A DNA stretch of 63,982 nt, filler included, from Olpidium bornovanus S191 (GCA_017911155.1; 33 parts of 33 records of this genome joined end to end with filler, not necessarily neighbours in it); one strand, 5' to 3'; counted from the whole stretch's first letter, positions 23,494-37,900 are shown. Notes: generated by a model from the letters alone, not told the origin. Numbers and translations are program-made.

Positions 23494-23826
23494 GGCGCCC
23501 CAGTCTTTCTTCCCCTTCCCCGCAAAAGGACCTGGGCCGCTCGCTGCACCTCGCGCGCCTTCGCCGTCGCGCCCGCGCGCCAATAGCACAATAATATATA
23601 AAACGCGGCCGGCGGTGGCAAGCGGAACACGCGCGCCGCTCCCCGCACGCCCCCCATCCATCTTCGCCTCCCGCCTTCCCCAGCACCCCGCGACGACGAC
23701 GGGGCAGCCTGCCCGGCCGCTTGCGCGTCCCCTGCGACGGCAGAGAACGCCGGCCGTGTGCCGAGTGAGGGGCCGAAAGGCGGTCCAGCGACAATATCCG
23801 AGCCTGCGCCGTTGTGTAAACCGCAG

Positions 23827-25368
23827 ATGTTCGCCCTGGGGCTGTTTGCCGCCCTGCTGGGTAACGTGGTCATCGGTGTCGGCCAGGTACGAGAACCGGG
23901 AAGAGATAGAGAGGGAAAAAAAGAACATGCTTAAAGAGACAAAAAGGAGTGAGGTTCCAGTATTTGACGGCGGTATGGATTGCATGCGACCGCAGTCTTA
24001 CGTGGAATCCTCGAAGGCGAACGGCAGACGACCGGACGGGCAGTCGGCTTTTTGTCCTCCCAATCGTGACACCCTGGCGTCTTCCGTTTTCTTTTCTGGC
24101 GGAAAGGGCAGGTACTGCAGAAGATGGGGCTGAACCGGATACAGCAGCGCGCTATGTACACGCTGCCGCACCCCTCCAAACTCAACGGTACGTCGTCAAT
24201 GCGGAGGTCACGCAGTCAGCCTCTGAGTTGGTTCTCCAAGCCCACCCGGACACTGTCCATGGCGGACCTCCCTTCGTCGGTCGGCGTTTCACTGTCTCCG
24301 CCGCATTCGTCGTCGCTGTTGTCCGGGACAGGGCGATCGTCGCGTTCGACGTCTCCGGCGGCAAAACGACAATATCCCAACAGGGAGCGGGGCCGCCGTT
24401 CGCGGTGGCCCGGCACCCGGTTCACGGACGCGTACTGGCTGGCGGGAGGGTTCCTGAATCTGCTGGGGGAAATTTGCGGCAACTGGGCCGCCCTCAGCTT
24501 CCTCAGCCCAGCAGCGGTGGCGCCGCTCGGAGGTGTGGCCGTGATAGTGAACGCCGCTCTAGCCCAGCGGTGGCTGAACGAGACCGTTACCGAGACTCAG
24601 AGGAGGGGATACGCCCTTATGGCGGCGGGAGTGGCCAGCATCCTCTTCGTAGCGCCGCGCGGCGGGGACGGCGGGGAGACCGGCGCCTCGGCTGTGGCTT
24701 CGACGACGGCAGAGCTCTCGTACTACGTCACGACGTTGCGGTTCTGCGGCCTGTTTGCCTTCCTGCTGCTCGCCATCACGGGCTTGTGCTACACAGTTTT
24801 ACTGATCAAAGAGAGCCTCTTGGGGTACGTGGCGATCGCCAGCTGCTTCGGCAGCCTGACAGTCATGGCCAGCAAGACGATCTCGCTCTTTGCAAGACTA
24901 GCCTACAATGCCGACGGAGTCCCTCTTGCCCCGGCGAGCAACAACACTCGGCTTCTGTCGTCGCCGGTGGGCGCGCGTCATGCCCTGGCGGGTATTCACA
25001 CCAACGGGTCAGTCACGGCGGCGTCGCAGGCGGCGTCGCTGCCGGCGCCGCCGTCCTACGCTGTATTCGGCCTGACGACCATGTTGGTCATCTCCGTTGT
25101 TGGGCAGGAGTTATCGAAACAGGCCGCCCTGGGCCAGTACCCGGCCACGGCTTTCCAACCTCTGTTCTACGCCAGTTACCTCTCATGCGTCAGCCTGTCG
25201 GGCGTGTTTCTGTTCAAGGAGCTGCCCGACCACGGCCGCGGCGCCTTGTTGTTTGCCGTGTTCTTTATCATCGGCATAGCCCTCATCTTCCGCGGCTCCC
25301 TGCTTCTCCAGCACTCAGGCGCCAGGCAGCCAAAGCCCATCGAGAACGTAGATGACAAGATCAGATGA
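23827..25368 (+). CDS. NIPA/DUF803-family Mg2+ transporter-like protein; exons 23827-23886 and 24112-25368
   Basis: LFAALLGNVVIGVGQ|VLQKMGL, YWLAGG, GEICGNWAALSFLSPAAVAPLGGVAVIVNAALA, IASCFGSLTVMASK, AFQPLFY; about 9 hydrophobic segments. The first exon could be internal. Confidence 0.9.
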
Positions 25369-25633
25369 CACGACGGGGGCGGACCGCGGCTGGCTCCTTT
25401 GGGCGGCGTGACCATGCAGTTTGTTTCGCTGCACGTTCCAACCGTCCACTTTTCGCCCGCCCTATTAGAGCAGATAAAAAGGCTTATACCCTGTCAAAGC
25501 CGAAGTCTCTGAGAACCCACTACGCCGTTTGGCNNNNNNNNNNNNNNNNNNNNNNNNNNNNNNNNNNNNNNNNNNNNTTAATTAATTAANNNNNNNNNNN
25601 NNNNNNNNNNNNNNNNNNNNNNNNNNNNNNNNN

Positions 25634-26650
25634 CAGCAGCAGCAGCGGCCGAGGCCGGCGACCAAGGAGGCCTTCCCGCCGCGTTCGTACGCGGACGACG
25701 ATTACGGAGCCTCGTACCAGGCCGGAGCGGGCGTCGGCAGCAGCAGCAGCGGGGGGTTGGGAGCGGGTGGCGCAGGCGGCTATCATGCTTTACCAGCGGC
25801 GAACGCAGGCGGCTGGGACGCCGGCGGCGCCGCCGACCGCGTGCGTGTGAACAAGTACGAGACGACCCTCCCTGTCCGGGTGGACATTCTTGCTGCACTG
25901 GCATATGTCCTGGGTCCTATCACCGGTGTGTCGTCCCGGAGCTCGCCTGGGGCAGTTTTGACTGGGCATCTGGCGGGAAAACCGCTTTCTGCCGCATACC
26001 GGAATACACCGCAAAAACGCCCATTTCTGTGCAGCCTGCTGTAAATATATGACTTCAGATGGATTTTAATCGGTGGCTGTCCGTTTCAATTCGCCACCCC
26101 AGGTGTTCTGTTGCTTGTATTTGAAACCGCAAACGACTACGTCCGGTGAGACGGCCGTCAACCGTTCTTTGCCCTGTGAGTCGGCAGTGCTTCGATATAA
26201 TCGCACTCGTTTCGCGCTTTTTGCAGTTTTCACGCATGGCAGTCTTGCCTATGGTTCTCTGCAGTTTTGGTACGGTCGGCTTCGCCGCTTTTCGTGCTCC
26301 GTCTTTAGTCTTTTGTTTTGGATGGATGAAGCCACGGCTGACCCTTCTCGCTTTCGCTTCTCGCTTTGGTATAATTCTGTAGGCCGCGCATTTCGTATTC
26401 GGCCTGATGTCGTCTTTCTTGGGGTGGCTGTTTTTGTGCGGGGAGATCATTACCGCAGCGCTCCTGGCGTATGTGGTTTCCTTTGGGCTGCATTTCATTG
26501 GATTGTTGCATCTATCTTTTTTGTGCTTGTATCTTCGTTGTTAACCTTACTTACCGCAGGTACAAGTCGTACCAGGACGGGCAAAGCCTCGACCGGTTTC
26601 ACCTTCCCTACGTCGGGGACATCGCGGCGCGGTGGGTAGATTCGGAGTAG
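25634..26650 (+). CDS. Fungal multi-pass membrane protein (DUF4870/Tic20-like), 5' truncated, 5 exons, one apparent frameshift
   Basis: NKYETTLPVRVDILAALAYVLGPITG|VLLLVFETANDYVR|FHAWQS...|...|YKSYQDGQSLDRFHLPYVGDIAARWVDSE*. Confidence 0.8.
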
Positions 26651-27639
26651 CCACGGTGGAAGGTCAGCCGAGAAAGCCATTGGCGATGTCGGCAGCCGCG
26701 GTTGCTGTCTCTTTCTCTTTCCNNNNNNNNNNNNNNNNNNNNNNNNNNNNNNNNNNNNNNNNNNNNTTAATTAATTAANNNNNNNNNNNNNNNNNNNNNN
26801 NNNNNNNNNNNNNNNNNNNNNNAAAAAAAAAAAAACTCATTTTGCCAAAATGGGGGACGATCGCAATCTGGAGTGGCGCGCTGATCAAAAGAGGATGGCA
26901 AACACGAAAGTCCGACCTGGAACAAAAAAAAATTTGCACCCGTTGTCACATCGCCGGTCCCGTCAGCTCTCGCATCAGTGGACTCTGAAGTCAGAACCGG
27001 CTGAAGAAGACGACAATCCAAAACTGCGTTGAAGCGGAAGATGCCATCAATAAATTTACAAAGCAGCTGGGAACACTGCAACTTAACCGTATCAAATGCG
27101 CTCCAAGGTCGCACCCCAAGTTTCCCATCATTTATGAGACCCTACCAAACAACAACAACCACAACATCAAGCAAGTGCTCAACGTCACATCGTTTGCAGT
27201 GTGATTGAGTTGGACACGTTGAGCGTTATTGCCGTGACCTGCAAGGAGACCTCCTCGACGTACGGAGACCCATATTTGGTTTCCAATTGCTCTGTCCAAG
27301 CTTTATGGAGTTTTTGATTGGCTGGGTGGATATGGCGGCGATGATACCGATTTGCAGACTAAACACATTTAACCTCAAATATGGGTCTCCTTTTTTTCTT
27401 TGGATTTTAAACGGGGCAGAGCTGGAAGGGACGCTTTCGCCCAATCTTCTCTTCTCTTTGGCTGTAACAATATTCAAGCACGAATGTTCGGGATAATTTG
27501 TCGAGACGCTGCTCGGCAGCATGACGAGCGCGTTTTTCTTCCTCTTGCGCATTTAGAGATTAATCCCATACGTTCTTCGAATCAATTTTAGATCTCTGCA
27601 GCACTTGCTTGGTTCTCCGTGCTTCTGTTCTCTGATCTT

Positions 27640-27830
27640 TCTTTGTGCTCTCCCTTGCGGTCCATTGCGGAACATGTGCGTGCCGCTTCAGCGCAGAGCT
27701 GGGACGTTAGAGAGGCACTTACCTTTCTCCGCGCTATCCTCTGTGCTTTCTTTTTGCTCTCCCTTGAGGTCAATTGCGTAGCATGTGCGTGCCGCTTCAG
27801 CGAAGAGCTGGGACGTTCACGGGGCACTTG
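27640..27830. repeat. Direct repeat of ~60 bp spaced ~110 bp apart
   Basis: CATGTGCGTGCCGCTTCAGCG(C/A)AGAGCTGGGACGTT at ~27673 and ~27783. Confidence 0.8.
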
Positions 27831-28604
27831 CCTTGTACTCCTCAGGTTTGATTTGGAAACGTCCCGCGTCAGTTTTTGACGGTCACCCATGGTTGGGGAG
27901 TGAGCACGGCGACGGCGCAGCGGTTTGAGCGCGTCCTTGACGGGCACGCTCGGCTTGGCGGACGCGGTCGAATTGGCGGACACGGTGGGCTTGGCGGACA
28001 CGGTCGGCTTGAGCTAGGCGATGGCGGCTCGCAGCTCGCGGAAGGGGCGGTCGCAAACGGGCGCGGGCGCGGAAGGCGACTTAGAGGAAGGCGGCCGCGG
28101 AGGGGGCGGAGGCGAAGAGCGGGGGCGCGCTCAAAAAAATGTGGGGCGCGCAGCGGAAGGCGGAGCGCGCTCAGCAGAAGGTCGGGCGCTCAGCAAAAAG
28201 CGGGGCGCAGCACCAGGTGGTCCCAGAAGGGCGGCGGCGGTGGTGTGCGCGCAGCGGCGCAGAGCGCGGGCGGGCGGCTCGGCGAAGACGCTTTGATTCG
28301 GGATTTTATTGGTCCATTTTCAAGTCTGGCGTGCACCGGGAATAACAACAACGAACAGAAGAGCAGATCTGAGTTGTGTTAAACCTCACTGAAAAACTAC
28401 AAAAGCTACGGTTTGGATATATTATTATCACGTTCGATGGCGAGCAGGTTTTCCCCGGCTGACCACATTTCACTCGAGGACAACGAACCGTCGACGTCCA
28501 TGTNNNNNNNNNNNNNNNNNNNNNNNNNNNNNNNNNNNNNNNNNNNNTTAATTAATTAANNNNNNNNNNNNNNNNNNNNNNNNNNNNNNNNNNNNNNNNN
28601 NNNC

Positions 28605-29162
28605 ATGAACCTCAAAATTTTGGAGATGGCTGAGGAGCAGGCGAAGTCGCGCAAAACGTGTGATTCGATCCAAAAGCGGAACGTCAAATTGGAGAACCTG
28701 TGTCGCGCCCTTCAGGGCGAGCGGGCGGCGATGAAAAGGAAGGTGGACAAGTTTGAGGCCGCGCACGGCGTCCGCATCCTTCTCGGCGACGACGAGGGCG
28801 ACCAGGAAAGCGAGGACGACGAGTTTGACGAAAGCCGCCAGGGAAGTTCGACTTCCGGTGACGATGCGAACGACGACAACGACGTCTCCGCAGCGATGGG
28901 TGCTGCCGGCGGCGGCGGCCGAGGGTCGAAGGCCAACAACAATCGGTGGCAAGGCTCGACGGCAGACGGCGACGCATCTTCCGCGCAGAACACGCCGCCG
29001 TCTCCGCGGATGGATCTGCCGAACGACGCAAACAATTCGTCGCTCTCGCCGCTACAAGAGACGTCGAAGAAAGGCGTCGTGAACCGCTCTTCCTCCGGAG
29101 AGCCTCGCCGCGGCGCCCCTAGCTATGATGCGGCGGTATGCAAAGACTGCGCAAGTAGATAG
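28605..29162 (+). CDS. Taxilin-family coiled-coil protein, C-terminal fragment
   Basis: MNLKILEMAEE...KLENLCRALQGER, the typical end of the taxilin domain, followed by an acidic tail and stop. Confidence 0.85.
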   Translation: MNLKILEMAEEQAKSRKTCDSIQKRNVKLENLCRALQGERAAMKRKVDKFEAAHGVRILLGDDEGDQESEDDEFDESRQGSSTSGDDANDDNDVSAAMGAAGGGGRGSKANNNRWQGSTADGDASSAQNTPPSPRMDLPNDANNSSLSPLQETSKKGVVNRSSSGEPRRGAPSYDAAVCKDCASR

Positions 29163-29902
29163 GCACGCCGTAATCGTCTACTGTATCTTTATCGCTTGCC
29201 CTTCACATCTCGTCCTCTCCGACGGTGACCGCCATTTGATATATATATAAGAAAGCATACCACCGGTATGGATAGATAAAGAAGGGAGGCCGCCCGTGTT
29301 TCGGGCGCGTCAGCCTGGACCTGGGCGGCGGCTGTCGGTGGAGCCCGTCCACGCGCCCAAGAGACAGATCCGACGGCGGGAGCCCCGCCGTCGCATTTCT
29401 CGTGCGCGAAACAAACGGCGGGGGCGGGAGGTCATTTTTTCGAGTGGTTCATTTTTTTTTGTTTTCTGTTTTTTTTTTTCGTTTTGTTCCGTTTTGCTCT
29501 TATAAATACGATTACGGCAAAGGCGCGCGCGAATCGGCCCCGCCTCTGCGAGCCAAAAGCGAGGGGAACGTAGGGCCGGGTTAAAACGAAGGTTAAAAAA
29601 CGCACAGGGCGCGGGCGCGCCCCCAAAAAACCGCCCTTCCTCCCGTTCTCGGCCGAACCGTGGCCCCACCCCGTTCCCCTTCGCCCCACGTGTAATATCT
29701 GCGGGCCCTCCGCCCGATTGAGGCAGAACTCGTCCGGAGAACAACCCCGCACCCAAGTTTCCTCGTTCTCTGACAACCGGCATGANNNNNNNNNNNNNNN
29801 NNNNNNNNNNNNNNNNNNNNNNNNNNNNNTTAATTAATTAANNNNNNNNNNNNNNNNNNNNNNNNNNNNNNNNNNNNNNNNNNNNAGGAAAATGCGGTAC
29901 GC

Positions 29903-29993
<91 letters not shown>

Positions 29994-29996
29994 CCA

Positions 29997-30066
<70 letters not shown>

Positions 30067-30311
30067 AAAGAAGGCGAAACGGAAACGCGCGGAAACGAAA
30101 CCCGCCTTCGACCCCCGAACCGAACTCGGACCGAACTGAACAGAACCGAACTCGGACCGGACTGAATTGCGCTTTGGCGCACGCCGTGCCTTCTCCCGCC
30201 TTTGCGAACGGAAAGGAGACGGCGGGGAAAGAGGGGAGAGAGAGACAGTGAGAGAGAGAGAGACACCGAGAGTGACCAGGAAACAGAAACGCGTTCCCGT
30301 CCGACGCAGCA

Positions 30312-31327
<1,016 letters not shown>

Positions 31328-31891
31328 NNNNNNNNNNNNNNNNNNNNNNNNNNNNNNNNNNNNNNNNNNNNTTAATTAATTAANNNNNNNNNNNNNNNNN
31401 NNNNNNNNNNNNNNNNNNNNNNNNNNNACCGCGCCCTCCGCCTTTCCCCGTCCTCCGCCCTTCGCCGCACCAAGCACGTTCGACTTGATCCTGCGCCAGC
31501 AGCCTAAGCACTCGAGAATGTGCGGAGTCGGCGAAAAAGGGAACGTCCAGCGAGGTGCGTGCGTTCGTGGCCCCCCCCCCCCCCCCCCCCCCGGGGGGGG
31601 GCCCCCCCCCCCCCCCCCGGGGGGCGGGGGCCCCCCCCCCCCCCCCCCGCCCCACGGGGTGTGCGCCAGAAGAAGCCAAGAGGCGGAACGGTCGGTCCCC
31701 GCGCACGCGTTTCACTACACCGGGTCCCGGTTCCGCAGGTCCCGCATTCGGCCCCCGCAGGACCCGTTGCAATTCAGCTACGCCAGCCGGGCATTATAGT
31801 CGCAGAGCCTTGTTCTCGAATCCGTCAGCCTCGTGTCCTCCGTCTCGCACTTCCGTGGCGTCCCTGACTCGGATTCGCAATACCGCCCCCT

Positions 31892-31945
<54 letters not shown>

Positions 31946-32497
31946 CCCCCCCCCCCCCCCTCGCCGCCGTTCCCGGCCCGTTACGCAAAAATGCAGGTTT
32001 CGAGCTGGCGGGGAGGACCGCTGTCGAGCCCGCTAGCTCGACCTGTTGGGCGATAATGCGATGGGTTTTTGAAAACGGGTTTTGAGGGCAAATTTTACCG
32101 CGCCTGCGAAAAAAAAAAGGCCGTACGGCTGCCGGGGGACCCTGCTGGCTGGCCGAACGCTTCCCGCGCGGCGGTGAGCGCCGCTCGCGCAGTCCGGTCG
32201 GTCCGTTCGACCGTTCGCTCGCGCCCGTTTTCCCGCCTCGTTTGCGGAGAGGATTCATACGGTGTATTTCGTGTCCGGCGGTTCGTTCGAGGAGCGGGAG
32301 CCGGTTTTGCGGCGCTTAATTGTCTGGTGCAGCGCACAATCGCGGGAACCCTCGATGAAAACGTTCGATGGGCCACCCAAGCGACTTTTGCCTTCCTTTT
32401 TTCTGTTGTTTTCACCCTCAAAACTCCCCCGCCCCGCCACCTTTTTACTCTTTTCTCGCTCCGAAACTTTCCTGTCTTATTTTTTTTTATTTTTTTT

Positions 32498-32838
32498 TTA
32501 TTTTTTGATCTCCTCCGCCCGTTCCTCCGCGCGCCTCTTCGGTTTCGTCTTAGCCTTCTTTTTCGTCTTTCTGCCGCCTTTGGCGGCCCGTGAGCCGCCG
32601 CCGCCAGCGGCCGTCCGGGCCCGCATGTCCGCTTCGGCGGCCACGTGCCGCACGTCGATGTGCGACACCAGCGCGCCCAGCCCGCCTCCCGCGCCCGGCA
32701 GCCGGCCGCGGGCCATCAGGGGCGGGACGGCCGTGGGGCCCGTCTCCTCCGCCTCCATGCAGCGCCACTGCTTCTGGACGATCTCCCACGGGTTCGTGGC
32801 GATCAGTTGCCTCGACGCGGCGTAGACGTGCGATCCTG
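32498..32838 (-). CDS. Hypothetical terminal exon with Lys-rich tail
   Basis: AG acceptor then GSHVYAASRQLIATNPWEIVQKQWRCMEAEE...; family not recognised. Confidence 0.3.
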
Positions 32839-33159
32839 GGAAGACAGCGAAAGAGAGAAGAAAATTGGGAGAGGGGGAGACAGTGTGTGTGAAAGAGAGG
32901 TCATGGGCTTGGACTCTTCCGCGTCCATCACGGTCTTTGATCATCACTGATCACCTGACCTGCTGCTCCAAGCTCTGATCAACTCGAAGTTTTTTTTCCC
33001 ATCACTCCCAGGGCGAGGCCACNNNNNNNNNNNNNNNNNNNNNNNNNNNNNNNNNNNNNNNNNNNNTTAATTAATTAANNNNNNNNNNNNNNNNNNNNNN
33101 NNNNNNNNNNNNNNNNNNNNNNCCCCCCCCCCTCCCCCATCCCACTACCCGGAACTCAC

Positions 33160-34585
33160 TATTATAATAAAACCTGGTTCCGGTCTCGTGCGGCTCGCTC
33201 CACTTGTTGCAAGCGACGTACAGCTGTTTGCTCAGAGGCTTGGGTCCGCAGAAGAAGACGCCGACGTCGGTCGACGGGGGGTGCCGCCGCGTTTTTTCGA
33301 AGATCTGGTCCCAGTTAGGCCGTCCGTAATATGTCGGAGACCGGAGGCCCGTAATCGCTGGTGCGAACAGACGCAAAAGAGAGCATTGCGGAGCGAGCGG
33401 GTATGCGGCGGCAGCGGGGGGGGGGGAGGGGGAGAATGGGAGTGCATGTATTTAGTAAACAGTTATCCGTACTACGACCGTTTCTTGCCGTCGTGTGCGG
33501 TGCAGTACCTGTAAGAAATTTCTTCCCAATCCGCACCCCCCGTCTTTACCGTCGCGTCCTCCTCGGTCGTTGTTCAACTGCACGTTATTGATTTCGTCGG
33601 GTTTTAATGCTTTCGTCAGGTACACGCGGATGTCGATGAACCCGTTGGAGTCCTGCTGCTCGATGGCCTTTAGCAGCTCTTGGAACCATTCAAAAGCCTC
33701 CTTTTCCCTGCAGATCCAGATAAAGTACACCCTGCGGATGCGCGAGCGGACCGCCGGTTGGCTCATGCGGTACCATATCGACTTGAGGATGGAGGCGAAA
33801 GGCGTGACGCCGATGCCCGCGCCGACGAGCATAGTCGCCTCAAAATGAAAGACGTCCTGGGACGCTGTGCCGAACGGCCCGTCGACCATGACCCGCGGGA
33901 GGCCACTGCCGCTCTCACGGCCGCCTAAGTCTCCGCCCTTGGCCTGGACGTCGCACCCCAGGACCTGGTAGAGCCGGGAAGTGAAATTACCCTCGCACTT
34001 GATGTGCACCGAGAGGAAGTCCTCCTCGGGGCTCGACGTCAGCGTGAAGGGGTGGTACTGCAGGACCGACACCGCGGGGCAACACAGGAAAATGTACTGT
34101 CCGGCCTGCGCGGTCGTGTTCTCCATCTTGATCTGCAGCTCGACGACCTTCGACGGGTGGAGCACCACTTTAGAAATGTACGTCCTGCGGCGGCCGCGGA
34201 CTTCCCTGGCGATGCGCTCAAGCATGTAGCAGAGGCCTCCGGCAATCCAGAACTTCCAGAAGTTCCCGGTGCTGACGCAGTAGGGCGGGTTCTCCGTCTT
34301 GATAAAGCAGAAGCTGCCGTGGACGGCGAAGAGGAGGAAGTAGAAGCCGTAGAGGTGGTGCGTGTACCAGAAGGCCTCGAAACTGGCCCGGCGCACCTTG
34401 TTCAACGAGGTCGCGCAGATCAAGCACAAGGTGACCAGCATGATGTGGCCCGTCCATCCTGGGCCGGTGCCGAGCGCGTAGAACGCCCAGGACTCCCCGC
34501 CGTCGAGCCTCGACAGACTGTAACAGTTGCGCCAGTGGGAAATGGTGTGCCCCCACGTGAACACGAAGGTAGACCAGCCGACAGC
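33160..34585 (-). CDS. noxB: NADPH oxidase, gp91phox homologue, fungal NoxB/Nox2-type; exons 34585-33550 and 33357-33160, both ends truncated
   Basis: WGHTISHW, FWYTHHL, AGQYIFLCCP, YHPFTLTS, DGPFG, VGAGIGVTPFASILKS, YFIWICR, GRPNWD, VGVFFCGP. The REVRGRRRTYISKV segment is NoxB-like. Confidence 0.92.
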
Positions 34586-34934
34586 CTGATTTTTTTTTTT
34601 TTGTTCGTCGCGTGCCCCCGCCCCGCCCGGCCACCCCCGCCCGGCCGCCCGGCCGCCCCGCCCCGCCCCGCCCCGTTTCCACACCACCCACGCCGATCGG
34701 TTTTGCAATTTGTCAACTACGCGGGCGGCACGGTTCCGCGCCGGGGAGACCAACGNNNNNNNNNNNNNNNNNNNNNNNNNNNNNNNNNNNNNNNNNNNNT
34801 TAATTAATTAANNNNNNNNNNNNNNNNNNNNNNNNNNNNNNNNNNNNNNNNNNNNAAAAAAAAACGCCCCCCCCCCCCCCCCCCCCCCCAAAAAAAGCCC
34901 CCCCCCCCCCCCCCCCGCAATCCTCGCGGCTTAC

Positions 34935-37900
34935 TGGAACAAGCGCGTTCTCTCGGGCCTGCCTCTCGTAGCGCGCCTTCTGCTCCCCGGCTTCCTTCAC
35001 TTTCTTGCTCAGCGCGAGCTTCTCCTTCTTCAACCGGATGGACTTCTCCAGAGATCCGCTCCTGTCGGCCTCCGCCAGCTCCGCATCCAGCCGCGCGTCT
35101 TCCGCGGCGAGGGCGTAAAGTTCGCCGGACATCCGCGAGACCTCGGATTCCAAGAGCAGATCCCCAGGGGCCGCCAGCTGCACGTCGGCCGAAGGCGGGC
35201 TGGGCGCGGCGCTGAACTCGACGTCGGGGTGCCAAGGAACGGCGCCGCCGCCGCCGCCGCCGCCGCGGCTGTTCGAACGTTGCGTGATCCGGGGCGGCGG
35301 GGAAGCCAGGGGATCGTACATGGTCTCGCCGGGAACGGCCGCGCGTTTTTGCGGGTCCGCCGGTTGGACGCTGTCGTCGCCGGCGTCGCTGGGATTCGAA
35401 GCGGGGTACGCGGGTCCCGCAGACGTTCGGTAGAACGGGCCCAGTATCCGTGGAGCCCAGTCCCAAAGGTTCAGCTGCTTCGGGGGCGGAAGCCCAACCG
35501 CCGGCTCGTTCGCAGCCCGCGTCTTGCCGAGGTCACCCGCGAGACCCGGAGAACCCTGCGGGCGGCGGTAAAGGCTGGTCGGGTACCTGGGACCGGAAAG
35601 GGCCGTGTCCTCCAGGCCCGCGTCGGGGTCGGCGGTTGGAACGCACTGGTCCGGTCCCGGCGCGGGGCTCTCCGCGCGTCCGAACTCTCCCGCGGAGATT
35701 ATCCCGGCGGCGGGCGGTTCCGGCTCCGGCTGCTCGTAATCGCTGCTTTCGGTGACCGCGCTTTCGGGTTCCGCCACCGTGTGCGGCCGCGTGAAGAACG
35801 CGCCGAAACCCCGGTCGTCCGGGGCCCCGTCCGTTTCCGGAGCTTGGCCGAGCGCCCTCTTCGGGCCCGCCGCCGAGGGGTGATCCTGCGACGGCACGCC
35901 GGCCTGGCGCTGCGAAACGTCGAGGCCGTCGGCGGCGTGCGCGCGGTGGTATTCGGACGCGAACCGGCGGTAGACATCGCTCTGGACGAACGCCGGCCAG
36001 TCCTCGTCCTGGATGCGCCGCTCGACTGCGGCGTGGGCTTCGCCGACGTAGCGGTACGCCGCGGCCAGCTTTTCCGACAACTGGCCTTCGCTCGGGTCCG
36101 GCGCGAGGTCCCCCGCCGCGGGAGGGAGATCGCGCGGCGTGCTGCAGGTGGCATCCGACGTCGCCAGGTCGTTCACCAGCGAGTCGATTTCGGCCGCTAA
36201 CGGCGCCTCGATGCCCAGGGAGCGCACAACTTCCGGCGCCAGAAACTCGTCGTAAAGGTTGAACAGAATCGCGCGCTTGGTTTCGAAGGCCCTTCGCCAG
36301 CCGTCGGTTTCGGCAGCCAGCGACAACTTGGGCAAACCGCGGTTGATGTCATCCACCGCCAGCCAGAACAGCGTTCTGTCGAGAGTTTGCCTGGGCTGCA
36401 CGAACGACTCCCAGAGTCCTCGTCCGTCCTCCGATCTCAGCACTTCTCGGAGCGAAATGACGACGGCGCTGTCTTTCAGGTATCTCATGAAGCTGCTTCT
36501 TCTATTCACCTGCAAACCTTGTCATGGAAATGTAAAACTACGCAGCGGCCGAACCAGCAGGCCGTCATTACCTTCAGGGATCCGCCACCCAGGAAAGCTA
36601 TGCGTTTGTCCGCCTTCTTTTTCGCGAGAAACAATCGGTTGAGGTAAACAAGAACGTGCTGGACTTTTACGCCGTTCACGTACTCATCCTCACTCTTTCC
36701 ATCTGCGAAAAACGACAGCAAGCGCGATATCACTTAAACTCAGCCAGGAACGAGAAAAAAAAAACAGATGCGCTCAAAAGAACAAGCAGGATAATCATCT
36801 TGATCCGTTTTACCAATCAGGCTCCTTCGATACCGCATCTCGGCGATTATGTCACTCCTCATGCTCTTGCACTCGACAAGGTTGTCACAGTCGTTGATGG
36901 CCTTGAGGAACGCCTCGTAGCTGCGCTTCGACGCGCGATCGTTGGCGACGCCCAGCATGTTCGCCGACGGACCTTGTTCGTTCGGTTTTTTGGCGTGACT
37001 GCACAATTCGGTAAGCGGGGGGGGGGGGGGGGGGACTCCGCCTGTTTGGTTACCGACCGCACCGCGCAAGTTGGAGAGCAAAGGGGTCCGCGCGGGGCAG
37101 GACTTACTGCGCCTTCATGCTGGTGAGCTGATCAAAACGCGACGATGCCATTTTTCAGCGCGCACAGAACCCGGGCGGCAAGCGGCAAGCGGGGGCGCGC
37201 GCGAACGCGCCGTGCGCATCGCACGATAATTTCGCACCAGCCTCAGCAAAACCTGGTTCCAGTAATCCGGATCGGCGAGCATGTCCATGAGCGGCCGGAA
37301 GACGGCGCCGGCGACGATTTCCCGGGCCATAAGCCGCAGGCAGCGGCTCTGCACTTCGACGGGCGGCAAGACGTAGGGGAGGACGGCGTCGACGACTCTC
37401 CGGAGGTACGCCAGGTCCGCCGGACCGTCGGGCCGGGCCGTTCCTCCTCCTCCACCTCTGCCTCCTCCTCCTCCTCCTCCGCCTCCTCCGCCTCCTCCGC
37501 CTAGTCTTCCTCCCCGCGATTCGCGCACCGCCGGGTGGAGCCGGCCGTCGCCGTACTTGGACGCGAGCAGCTCGTTCAGATCCCGGGCGTCTTTGACGGC
37601 GCGGCCGAGCTGCTGGCGCCGCACGGCGCGGTCGGCCTGCTGGCACCCGCGGATGTGCCTCGTGAGCACGGGGATGACCCTGCCGGTCACGAGGAGCAGC
37701 GTGTCCACCGACTGGGCGCGGGAGCCGAGCGCGAGGAACGACGCGCGGACGGCGCGCTCCGCGGCGAGCACGAACGCCGGGTCGGCGGAGACGCCCTTGT
37801 ACCACGCCACGACGAAGTCGCGCAGGACGAAGTCGATCGCCGTCTCCAGCGCGACCGACGCGCGCGGGTGCTTCGGGAACAGGAGGGCGTCGGCGCCGCC

